64,000 bases of DNA from Lama guanicoe (lineage: Eukaryota). The position numbers and the translations under genes are program-made. The notes beneath the pieces were generated by a model. That model was not told where the DNA came from. It worked only from the letters and a program-made list of their open reading frames with translations, and ran no database searches. Shown here in pieces: positions 1 through 11,265 of the stretch. Numbering within the stretch: the first letter of the stretch is position 1; each line of letters opens with the position of its first letter. The stretch is taken from positions 3,624,799-3,688,798 of the forward strand of contig MU053588.1 of NCBI GenBank assembly GCA_013239625.1. The letters are read 5' to 3'.

Positions 1-142
1 TAGGACAGATGCCAGAACAAACAGGCCAGTCCACCTTGTCTTTCCAAAGATTACATTCCCCCAGGGAAGATGGACAGTTTAATTGCAAGTTGGGAGGGAA
101 AGAACTGGAAGGGTATGACCAAAGATCCTCATACTGGGGACA

Positions 143-360
143 GCAATATTACATGTTACAGGTGTACAGTATAGCGAGTCACAGTTTTTGAAGGTTATGC
201 TCCATTTATAGTTATTATAAAATATTGGCTATATTCCCCATGTTGTACAAATACATCCTTATAGCTTATTTTATACCTAATAGTTTGTGTCTCTTAATCC
301 CCTACCCCTATATTGCCTCTCCCCGCTGGTAATTGCTAGTATGTTCTCTGTATCTGGGAG
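143..360 (-). mobile_element. L1 3' UTR fragment
   Basis: Text typical of a reverse-oriented laurasiatherian L1 3' end (ttataaaatattggctatattcccc..ttgtac..). It abuts the outer end of the BSP inverted-duplication homology. Confidence 0.65.
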
Positions 361-1699
361 AGACTCTCATTTGAAACATAGGTTTCTCTGTAAAAAACGA
401 AAAAAAGACCACATCTGCAGAGAAAGTGGTTTAATTGATGGACCCATGCACAGCGGGAACGTGGTGGCGTCGCAGGGAAAGGATTGCACCTCTGTCACTC
501 AGGGCATCACTTTCATACTTGAGATTTCTTGATTTTCATATGCTTGATGGCACCCAAGGCCATGGGTAGGCGCACTGCACAGCAATGGAACGCAGTCATG
601 GGGTCAGTGGTAATGAATTCTACCTGTTTTCCAGTCAGTCCCATGGAGGGCAAAGGTCTATCTCTCCATCGACTGCCCTCTCACCCCTGCTCAGAAGACT
701 GCATGTTGTCCTCTCTCTGCCCCTCGCTCACTTTCTCTTCCACCTTTTCTGGTCACGAATCCTTCCCAGATCCTCCTCCTTCCATTTTCCCCCTGCAAAC
801 CCTCTTCTTCCCTTTTGGACTCTCCTCTCTCCATCTTTTGCATTTTGCCCTTGTCTCTTACTCTCTTTCCATCTTTCCTCCCTTTTCCCCTCTCCCCCCT
901 CTCTGGACCTCTGCTCCTCACTCTTCCTCCTGCACCTTCCTACCTCATCCTGTCTTCCCACCTGCCTCCTCTTTCCTTCTCACTCCTCTCCGTGGCACCT
1001 CACTCCACCTCTTTATCCAGCTCTGTCTCTTCCCGGCTCACCCCTGTCTTTCCCCATCCTCCCCGGACACTCTTACCCTTTGATTGCTAGCAATACTTCC
1101 AAACTTTATCCTCGTCATAGTTTGGAGACAGTGAGCACCAAAGCTTCCCATTAAAACTCCCAAGTGTTGTGCAATTGTTATAAACTTTGTTATGATAGAT
1201 AAAGGGAAAGTAACATCGGGCAAAGTCTGAAAAATAGAAGGAATGGGTGAGAAAATTAATTCTTGTAGGGTTCTTTTAAGTCTTATCAGGAGAAAGGGAC
1301 ATGAATGAAACACGGGGGAGGGGGGGCAGCTGTGTGAGGAGATGCCTGAGGCTTCCATTTGGAGGCAGTCATGGACATTCCCCTTTCATCTGGGAAGCCA
1401 CGTGCTCCTCCCATGAGGACAAGCTGCACACTCACCTTTCCTGCTACAGTATTTCCATCTTCCTATATAATCTGCATTTAGAGAACACTAGTTGTATATG
1501 GAACTACAGTCAGTACAAATAAAAATGCATTTCACCTCTGTAGATGAATGGGAAAATATATTCATTTTCTGAAAGAAGAAAGACATTGTCCACTTCTTTG
1601 GCTCTTAGTGTTTCACGATCTCTGCAGTAACACTGGCAAGTTTCTGTTCAAGCCAGCCCATCATCACCAAGGGCCTGGTGATCATTACAGAGCCCTCTG

Positions 1700-2159
1700 T
1701 GTCGGTGGTGCGATATTATGTACACACAAACACCGTGCGGAGAGAAGCGAAGCAGTTCTCTGTTAATTGATTTTTAGAAAAGGATTTATATAGAACATGC
1801 ATGGTGCCTCACATATCATCTAAGTTATAACAATGTTAATAATCTTAAGCTATTTCGGTTCCCAGGCTCTAGGTTCCCAGGCTCCTGCAGTAAGCACAGG
1901 GTGTTACATGATCAAGGACAGACTGTTTTAAAGCTCGTCACAAAACTTCATTAAGTAGGCCATCTCTCATCCAGCCGGCTGTGCCTGTCTGAGGTGGTCC
2001 TCCTCTGAGGCTCTTACCCATCGTTGGCTATCCAGCCGTCCATACTGGATACATTAAGTAGGCCATCTCTTATCCAGCCGGCTACGTGACATCTCTCACA
2101 GCTTGTTTATCAGTTCAGCCCGTGGCTTATTCTCTAGAGCCTTCAGGTAGGGGCCTACA
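1700..2159 (-). mobile_element. Solo LTR inserted in intron 2 of the - strand BSP copy
   Basis: Begins TG and ends CA, with an exact 5-bp TSD ctctg (1695-1699, 2160-2164). Absent at the paralogous position of the + arm (~14300). Contains an internal ~32-bp duplication (cattaagtaggccatctct.atccagccggct). Confidence 0.8.
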
Positions 2160-2739
2160 CTCTGTCAAGCACCAGGGATATGCAGGACTATGTGGGTGTG
2201 GTCTGTGCCCTCAGGACTAGGAAGGATTCCTTAGCTTCCAATGATATGCTATTTACCCAGACACATTTCTCATGAAGATTGGAGCTTCAGGCAATAGAAG
2301 AGCTTGCCAGACCACAAAGAAGCCTGATTTTGGATCATAATTTTTTGTAACCTGTTGATCTGATGTATCTGGAACTGTAGCTTCTTCTTCACCAGATTCA
2401 ATAGCAAAAGTCTAAAAAGATTGCACGTCTGTGAGCACAGGTGATTTCTTGCTATTGTTGTTAATATTCTGCCTGACATCAAAGGGAAGCTTAACGATTA
2501 TCTGAGCCACATTTGTGGTACATCAAGGATAGTTTTAGCATGTGCTGAGTTTGACATTGAATGGATTGGAGATAAGTAATATAATACAGGGTTTATTTTA
2601 TTTTTAAATCCATTAATATAAATCACATAAAGTAAACTTACATTCCAAGACATACTGGGGCACTGAGGAGCAGATCCTGTTTAAGCCAGGGGACAAAAGT
2701 CCAGGCCTGTCATGTTCGGTGTTCTGCCTCTTACTCTAC

Positions 2740-3377
2740 TGATAAAACAGCATTGCCCCCACCCTGACCTTGCCCTGGTGACAATGGCAGGGCAAGTGTT
2801 CCCAGGGCCCGCGTGCCAACCTGGCTCATCAAGGCGCTTTCTAAGCCAGGCCCTGGACTAACCAGAGGAAAACCCCATTCATTCCCATAGAAAGCCACAT
2901 TCTTTTCCAAGGCCCTGCCAACTAAAAATTGTCATTTGCCATCTGGTTCTACAAGAATGAAGCCACTAGCCATTGCAGCCACTGACCTTCAACATACCCT
3001 GAAAGGAGTTCAGGGCTGAGACCAGAAATGAGACACTCTCTGCTCTGGAAAAACACTGGTAGAGCAGACCTTCAGATAGTCATATTTTCAAGAGAAGATT
3101 TTAAGAGTCTAGTTTCTTGCATCTTCTCATATCTGGAAAAGCACTAAAATCATTAATGGAGACATCTGCTCCTCTGACTAGCAGCAATGTTTTGCCAAAA
3201 TGTGTGCCAAACTGCACATATTCCCCCTTCACTAAAGTCACCTATACACTGAACTCCCCTCCACCTCTTCGGAACAGCTCCTCAGAGCTATCTGAAACAC
3301 CGTTTCCCAGACTATAGTCCTCATTTTTCCCCAAGTAAAACTCAGCTCTTACATTGTCCATTTGTTTTTAGTGGACA
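2740..3377 (+). mobile_element. ERV1-like LTR (5' boundary uncertain)
   Basis: Its 3' part (ctcagagctatctga...ccagactatagtcctca...gtggaca) resembles the LTRs at 9376-9919 and 47541-47991. No TSD found. Confidence 0.55.
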
Positions 3378-5347
3378 GCAGCCATCCTCATGAAGGGTGC
3401 TCCCACTTTTCACAGCCTGGAAGCTCTGCTGCTCCTGCACTTCCGCAGCTCGAGCATCCTGGTTGGGGCATCCTGGTGCCTGAATTTTTGCACTGAAGGC
3501 AGGGCGGGTCCACAGGCTTCTGTAGCCGCCCCCCAATCCCTGCGGCCTGAAGTGGTGGAGGTGAGATTCTTGGCAAATCCGGGGACCTACATGCTCGCTC
3601 AGGAACCAGAACCTGGAGGGCCATGGGGACCCATGATGGAGAGAAAGAAGCCAGGGACCGCTCCTCTCCCGCACCAGGTCGGGAGGCCCCTGGGCAAACA
3701 CCTTGCTGCCTCCAGCTTTAAAGGGAGCACACCCAACACAACCACCCAAGACCCCCGCCCCACATGCTCCCCGTCTCAGGCTTCCAGTCACCTCCCAGCA
3801 GCCCCTCAAGCTTGGAGGGTTTTGTGGTTATGTGGCACTGGCTGTGGTATCCGTGGCCTCGTGAGTTCTCTCAAGACCAGTATTTACTGGTCACAAACAG
3901 CACCTTGCCCCAAGTCGTGCACATATTTCTGTATAAATACCATCTCCCCACCCAATCACGACTTCTGCCTCTTGGAAAAGCTCCCTTATTAGACACTGTT
4001 TCTTAGAATGAGGCTCTATCTTCCTTAGCATGTGGCACCAGCTCTGAAACCCTAACCCAGGGCTCAGATTCCAGCCCCACCACCTACAGGCCGCTCGCCT
4101 TTGATGAGGAAACCACTCTATCCGGGCCGCCTAGAGGAATGCGCGCCCCTGCCTCCTCCTGTTACTGAGAGGGCGAAATTAGCTCATGCCTCTGAAATAA
4201 CTCTTGAGACTCCGCAGTGACCTCTCCAACGTGTCAGTTTGTTGTATCTGACAGCTGCTTTGCTTTCATTATCTCCCAGTGCTGGTTACCTGGGCTAACT
4301 GCCAAAGAACCGCTGAGGTCCCCAGGCAGCTGCTGAACTGGAAGAAAAGCAGGAACAGAGGAGAGGGATGGAGGAGGAGCAAGAATAAAACTGAGGCAGT
4401 CTGAATACATTCTATAGCAGGACCCGCTCTGCATCGCTAACTTTTTATTTTTCACGCTAAAATTTTATAATTTTTTAATTGCAGTAATTACACAAGATCT
4501 TCCCACTTAATGTATTTTTGGTGTAAGTTGTAGAGATCTACTGTACAGAAATAATGACTGTAGTTAGTGATACTGGGTTTTTGTTTGTGCTTTTGTTTTT
4601 GTTTTACATTTTTAAAATAATTGTCCCAATATTATTATTAAAAATGCTGGTTGGAGCTTTGTTGCTTTGTGTTGCATCGTTGGTGTTTTTGTTTTACATT
4701 TTGAAGGCCATGTTTGTTCTAAATAGATACGTTCTAGATGTGTACTAGAAGACTACAACATAATAAATGCGTTAGAATCTTCCACCTTCTCATCGATACT
4801 ATACTGACACACAGTCTGCCATGCTAGTTGTAGGACGTGCCCTGAGACTAACCGTCCCTGTTACTTCAAACAGGAAACCCTACTTACATCAAGAACTCTT
4901 AATTTTAACAACATAACCAACCCTGTGTGTAGACTGCCTACATCTGGGATGTTGGAATGAATATTTAGGAATGAGGAGTCTCTTATGAGGATTGTTAGTC
5001 AGTAAGACCTTTGGCTTTGGAGCCAAACTCACCTGGGTTTAAATTTCATATAGTTGCTTGAAAATTATATAAAGCATAAAGCCCTTCATGGTGTCTGGCC
5101 CTTGGGACGTACTCAAGAAATGGCAGACATGTTTGTCACCACTAGTATTATTATCACTATTTTTACACTTTGATCCACGTCCAGTGCAGGTTCTTTTGCA
5201 CCAGTTCTAGCCCATTGCCCCTCCCTCACCTCCATTCACAGGCTCCAGGTGTAGAAATACAGATGCGCCAGCCCAGATCAGAAAGAGTGCCAAACACGGT
5301 GCCATGGCCACTTGCTTTCCTGTGACTGACACACATCAGTCTGCTTC

Positions 5348-5354
5348 TTATATA
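5348..5354 (-). promoter_or_regulatory. TATA box of - strand BSP copy
   Basis: TATATAA about 43 nt upstream of the ATG at 5305. Mirrors 13129-13135. Confidence 0.7.
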
Positions 5355-7039
5355 ACCTGTATCCCTCTCACCTCTTCACCCCGATAAGATCACCCTTGAC
5401 AGGATGGTGCCTGTGCATTCCTGAGCCTGAGAGCATGTATGTTAAGTTTATCTCTCAGATGGAATGTACAGGACATTGGCTTGCATTTAATGTCTCAGCC
5501 TCAGTAGTTTGAAATGCACTTACACTGAGGCCAAAATGTTTGCACAATCCTTCTCAGTTCCAGCGTCCCATGGCCAGGCAAAGGGATGAGGGAAAGATGA
5601 AAAAGGACCATTTTCTCTCACAAGGAATCAACAGCATCCATCTCATCTCATCCCTGACTGCAGAGTAAGCATGAGGTCAGGCCCAAGTCCCAACCAGTCT
5701 GCCTGTTGGAGCCTCAGAGCAGCCCAGTAAGGCAGCTGTGCAGGTCTCCATTTGAAGAAGCAGGAAACTGAGGCTCAGGGGGCTCCTCAAGGGCCCGGGG
5801 TGAGTTGGGGCAGAGCCGGCTGTTGAAGCTGCTCAGACTAAGCGACATTTTCAGAGTTGAAGGTCCCCTGCCATGTCTCACACTCAACCACAATTGTCTC
5901 CCCAAGTCAGCTCCCCACCCTGCCTCAAAGCTCCAGAAACGCTGGAAACACAGTCTACTTTCTAGACCAGAGTAGAAAGGCCTGGAGCTCCCCTTTGCTG
6001 GTTATGAAATGCTCCCCTTGCCCTGCGGCTTAGTTTTCTGACTTGCAAAACACACGTCAAATGCCTTATAGGGCAATGTGAGTTCTGTCTATGAGGAGCT
6101 TTAAACTGGTAGGGGGCCTCTGTATACAGTAGGTGCCCTGTGAATGCCAGCTTATCATCAGTGTGAACCCATGGGTCCTTCTGTCCTGCACGCCTCCTCC
6201 TAGCCCTCCCATTTAACCACATGCTGTGTACTGAAAAGCAGATTATCTTAAGTCTCACCTTGGAAAGTTCTCACCTCTTCAAAGGTCCCTCCAGGCCTAA
6301 CGGGCAGCACACCTCTCCCAGGTTACCTCAATTGCCAGCTAATCTCCCTCGCTACCTCCCATTCAGTCCATGCTTCACTCATCACATCCAGAACAATGTT
6401 TTAAAGCACAAATAAAATCAAGTCATTCCTCTGACCAAACTCCCCGAATGGTCTCCCATCACCCTTAAGGTAACTTCCAAATTCTTTACTGTGGTCTGAC
6501 ATTTCTTGGACTCTAGCCCAATTTTAGCCCCTTCCTCACCCCTACCTCAATGGCATTGCAGCCAACAGCCCCTTCCCTGTCCTTCAGACACGCTGAGCTC
6601 TTACATTCCTGTCACTGGGTCTTCCCCATCCCTGCAGAAATTCCCAGCGGGACACCTGACACCCACAGCCCCCATCATTTAGGCATTCAGTGCTCAGACC
6701 AGACTTCTGCGGCTGGGTGAACTGTTTCCTGATTGCACTTCATGAACGCCTTCTCTCCTCACCATGATTGTACCTTCCTGACTTCTCTTTGTACCACCTT
6801 TTATCCCCACCAGATTGCAAACTGGGGACAGAGACAGGGTATTTCAGCCAAGCAGGGCCAGCTGATAGACCTAAAAAGAATATAACACATGGAGATATGG
6901 AGATGATTGTCTTGCTGTCGGGGGTGGGGGGTTCCAGAAGATCTTTCTAGAGGTGCCAAGGAGCCACAGAGAAGGTGTGGGACACTTTAGTGGGGCTGAC
7001 GAGCCTTGTTCTTAGAGATGTGATTCTTTTTAAAAAATT

Positions 7040-7165
7040 TTTTTCTGCACGTAGGTAATTAGATTTTTTAATTTGTTTAATAGAGGTACATGGGAATTGC
7101 ACCCAGGACCTCATGCATTCTAAGCAGGCACTCAAGGTATACCGCTGAGCTATACCTTCCTCCCT
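7040..7165 (-). mobile_element. tRNA-derived SINE (camelid-type)
   Basis: Reverse complement of the recurring gggtatagctcagtggt...gcttagcatgca..aggtcctgggttcaatccccagtacctc consensus. Confidence 0.8.
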
Positions 7166-9375
7166 TGGGGACATAGATTCTTGAGATGAGACAATAGATG
7201 TGTGATGTGTTCGTGTTATTTGTACAATAAGAGTGACAAGGCCACATGTACAAAGCACACATTCTAATCTCACTTCTGAAAAACAGAGGTGGTGCAATTG
7301 CCCAGCCTTGGCCCTGAGATGAGGGCTTGTCTGAGTTCTGGATCCTGCAGCAAGAAGTCAGCAAAGAACTAATTCTTTGGACACAAGAGAATGTGAAAGG
7401 AGTTACAGAAAAAAAGCATTGGAAAGTTGAATATTGAGTCACCTTCAATCAGTCCAGAGAAACAGAACCAAAAGGATAGATACGGAGGTAGACAGAGAGA
7501 GAGAGAGAGACAGATAGACAGAAAGAAAGAAGGAAAGAAGTTTTATTATAGGAATTGGGGGCTGAGAAGTTCCACACTCTGCCACCTGCAAGTTGGAGAA
7601 CCAGGAAAGCTGATGGCATAATTCAGTCTGAATCAGAGAGCCTGAGACGGGGGACTTTTCAGGTCACTTGGTACATGGGCTGGAATAACACACCCTGATA
7701 AGGGCTATGCTGCCTCCAAAATCCACAAGGCCCACTAGGCATCGGGACCCTTTCTTGGTTGTAGGAGAAGCCAAATGCAACAACTTATCCTTGACCTTAG
7801 AAGGGATCTCTCCACATGCCCCTCACCACTGGAACCCCTAGAAATTTCACTGAGGTAAAAGGCCCTGAATTTTGGTCAGATTTATTTCCCACCCTCTGAC
7901 ACACTAATGTCTTACCAGTAAGTCTAGAGCAGTTGCTACTACTTGCTCACTTGGTCTAATCAGCCGAATGTCATCAATGTGATGGACCCACGTGATGTCT
8001 CACAGAAGGGAAAGGCTATCAAGATCCCTGCGAACTGAAGTATGATGCAGGGCTGGAGAGCTGACATCCCTGGGAGAGGACGGTGAAAGTGTATCGCTGC
8101 TCTTGCCAACTGAAAGCCAACTGCTTCTGGTGGGCTCGATGGACATGGATTGAGAAGAAGTCATTTGCCAGATCAGATGCACCAGCCCTGCACACCAGCT
8201 ACCAGGGGATATGTTAATTTGTTTAAGTAGTAAACCACATCTGGCACAGCAGCTGCATTTGGTTAAGCTTATAATCCACTGTCATTCACCAAGGTCCATC
8301 TGGGCTCTGCGCAGGCCAAACAGGCAAGTTGAAAGTGGGTGTGGTGGGAATCACCTCCCCCGCCTTTTTCAAGGCCTTGATGGTGCCACTAATCTCTAAT
8401 CCCTCCAAGAACATGGTATTGGCTTTGATTTATGATTTTCCTCAGTAGAGGCAGATATAGTGGCTCCCACCATAATAGCCCTCAAGCCACAGGTCAGGGA
8501 ACAAACATGTGGATTCTGCCAGCTGTTAAGAACATCTCTTACAATTATGCATTCTGGAACTGGGGAAATATCTACAGAATGAGTTCAGGAACCCACTGGA
8601 CCCACTGTGAGAAAGACCTGAGCTTAAACCCCATTAATCACCTGACCTCCTTAGACCCTACTGTAATCTGAGAACCATGAAGACATTTGGGGTCTCCTGG
8701 AATCAGTGTGAGTTCATAGCCAGTGTCCGTTATTTCCTGAAAAGTCTCATTATTCCCTTTTCTCCAATGTACAGTTACCCCGCTAAAAGGTCACAAGTCT
8801 CTTTGGGGAAGACTGGGAGAAGATTAACAGTATAAATTTTGAATTGTGTCCTGGGGTCCTTCCTCAAAGGGACCCAGCTTTCACTTCTTTGAAGGGATTC
8901 TGAATCTGTAAACTGGCTCAAGTCTGGAAATTGACTAAGGGGCTGTGACTTTCAGGCTAGACTTTTATTCTCTTGATGGAGAGCTTTCCTGCTTATTCAG
9001 ATTAAAAAAGGATTTAGTAGGCTTCTCATCTATTTAACTTCTAGGAACACCATGATCAACTTGCCCAGGCCATAGGTCTGCAAGTCAGACTGTTTTGATT
9101 GCTGCATTGACTCTGCTGTCCCTTATGGTAACCACCCCACCTTGCCTTTAAGTGGTTGAATGCTGCCACTTGGCCTCTGCCACCCTGGGATCCAACTACT
9201 CTCACTGCATTAGGTTTTCTAATTGAGTGGCTGTGGTTCCCACTGTAAGGGGACCTACACAGGAGAGCAATCACGGAGCCCTTCAAGGATGCTGGACTCC
9301 CGTCACAAATTTGTTTCTCTCAGTCATGGTGAAAGGTATGTCTTCTGGACTCTCTCCATGTGGATGAATAGGTCT

Positions 9376-9919
9376 TGATAAAAGAAATTTTCACATATAG
9401 AGGTATGGGGAATTCATTCTGGCTTACATATGAGAAAGCTTGAATTTACCCTAACTGTGCTGACTCGCACAGCCTGTTTGTGACCTATCAAACATACATT
9501 GTACATCTACTTTAATTATTAAAGAAAAGTGCACACTGACCAGAAGTAAAGAAAGTCAATGTTAAACATAAAGATTAAATGCCTCCCTTCCCGGGATGCG
9601 AATGCTGGTCCTCCTTCAATGATAAGATTCCCTTCCCAGGTGCCAAGACCATATTGACTCACTGTGTACATCTTGACCTGTTTTTTTGGGGGCGAGGTTG
9701 TTTGTTTTGTTTTTTTTGGAACCTTGAAGGACTGTACCCCGGCATGTTTGATAGTCTTTGTTCTTGTCAGATATAAAACTGCTGAAAATGCTGCTTCTTC
9801 ACAGCAGTTTCTCAGAGTTATCTGAGAGGCTGTCTCCCAGGCTATAGTCCTCAGCTTGGTTCAAATAAAAGTCTTTTCTATTCCTATCATAGATTGTTTG
9901 TTGTTTCTTTTCACTGACA
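9376..9919 (+). mobile_element. ERV1-class solo LTR inserted in ERV-L gag
   Basis: TG...CA ends, exact 4-bp TSD gtct (9372-9375, 9920-9923), TATA-like tataaaa and AATAAA. Removing it rejoins the gag reading ICHLRPIHPHGESPED. Confidence 0.85.
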
Positions 9920-10608
9920 GTCTTAAATGACAAATCTACTCCAACTTTCCAATCTCCCTAAACCTTGGAATCCTTTCCTCTCCATTAAACCAAGGGAGGC
10001 AAGGCATTTCTAGTTTGCTTACAATGGTCCACCTTTTGGTCCATGTTTCAGCCAGCCAAACAATCAAACCATTAGAGACCTTTCTAGCTCCCTGAGCTGC
10101 AGCATTAAGTGCAGAATCTCTGTGTAGAGAGCCCACATTGATAAATTCAGCCCAATCTAACTTTAGGTTCCTTCCCCCTTCATCCCACACACCTAGTATC
10201 CATTCCCACCGTGTTTCCCAGATTTCTCAAGTAGAGCCTTTGGAGTACAGTGCACCTCCTCAGGGGCCATACTTTGTACCTTGCCTTTATGGGTCTTCTG
10301 GGACTTGTGTCTAGTAAGGATAGGCCTAGAAGAAAAGAGGGGTGGTAGGGGTGGGTCCTGAGGAGAATCAGCATTGTCCTGCATGACAATGCTGCCTCAG
10401 GGGGGCCATTACTGTTTCCTAGGCGATGCAGCGGTTAATCCCTTCAGACTAAGTGGAAAGGCCTGTACCATTGTGGGTAAAGATGTGGGGAGGCCACCAC
10501 CACTGGGGGTTGGAGGGCCACTTCTGCTGGACTGAGGAGGATGCTTCCACTAGGGGTGGGAAAACCTCATCCACTGGCAAAGAAGATACATCAGAATCTA
10601 GGAGCTCA

Positions 10609-10699
10609 GGGTTAGGGTAGAGCTCAGTGGTACAGCATGTGCTTAGCATGCACAATGTCCTGGGTTCAATCCCCAGTACTTCCACTAGAAAAAAAAAAT
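10609..10699 (+). mobile_element. tRNA-derived SINE with TSD
   Basis: A/B-box-like head and A tail. TSD agaatctaggagctca / agaatttaggggctca. Confidence 0.85.
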
Positions 10700-10924
10700 A
10701 GAATTTAGGGGCTCAATGTCTCCAACGTCATCAGAGTCTTCCCCCAGGTCCCCATCCCAACTTACAGGATCCCAGCCTTCTCTGCCAATACCGTCATTTA
10801 ACAGTAGAGAGGCTGAGGGTTCAACCTGCACTATAATCAAGTTGCCAAGTCAGCCAATTGCAGGAGGAGGTTCTATGTCTGATTTTCAGCAATTTCAGCC
10901 CTGCAGCTATAGGAGATAAGGGTC

Positions 10925-11265
10925 AAGAAACAGACTAACAGACACAGAGTACAAACTGGTGTTTGCCAAGGGGGTGGTTGCCAAGGGGGTGGAAGAGTCA
11001 GACTGGCATTTCAAAATTTGTAGATACTGGCAGGCATATGCAGAATAGATACACGAGATTATACTGTACAGCACAGGGAAATATATACAAGATCTTGTGG
11101 TAGCTCACGGCGAAAAAAAAATGTGACAATGAATATATGTATGTTCATGTATAATTGAAAAATTGTTCTCTACACTGGAATTTGATACAACATTATAAAA
11201 TGACTATAACTCAATAAAAATGTTACAAAAATTAAAAAAATAAAAGCTAAAAAAAAAAAAAGAAA
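10925..11265 (+). mobile_element. 5'-truncated L1 3' end
   Basis: L1 3' UTR text (cagcacagggaaatatatacaagatcttgtgg...actcaataaaaa) followed by poly(A), inside the ERV-L internal region. Confidence 0.8.

Larger units (their letters stand above)
1087..5305 (-). pseudogene. Binder-of-sperm (BSP, PDC-109-like) paralog with disrupted first FN2 exon
   Basis: Exons: 5305-5230 (MAPCLALFLIWAGASVFLHLEPVNG), 4337-4290 (VQQLPGDLSGSLAVSP), 1568-1436 and 1226-1087 (DFARCYFPF...WKYC*), all GT-AG. Exon 3 is 133 nt versus 132 in the paralog (frameshift). Its first Cys codon is TAT (Tyr) and the Trp before CSL is TAG. ATTAAA poly(A) signal at 435-430. Confidence 0.85.
360..6150 (-). repeat. Left arm of inverted segmental duplication (BSP locus)
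   Basis: Reverse complement matches ~12330-15645. ORF-track pairs have identical translations: 1038..1358(-) = 14644..14964(+) and 5714..5905(-) = 12578..12769(+). Confidence 0.93.

Noticed and set aside
529..1154. Long S/P/L/F-rich ORFs (184-189 aa) and their mirrors at 14912-15474
   Set aside because: Artefacts of a polypurine/polypyrimidine intron tract, antisense to the BSP genes.
10609..10680. tRNA-like sequences (also ~7100, 16120, 20060, 32135, 41280, 53740, 54000, 63345)
   Set aside because: They have A-rich tails, TSDs and scattered divergence, so they are tRNA-derived SINEs rather than tRNA genes.
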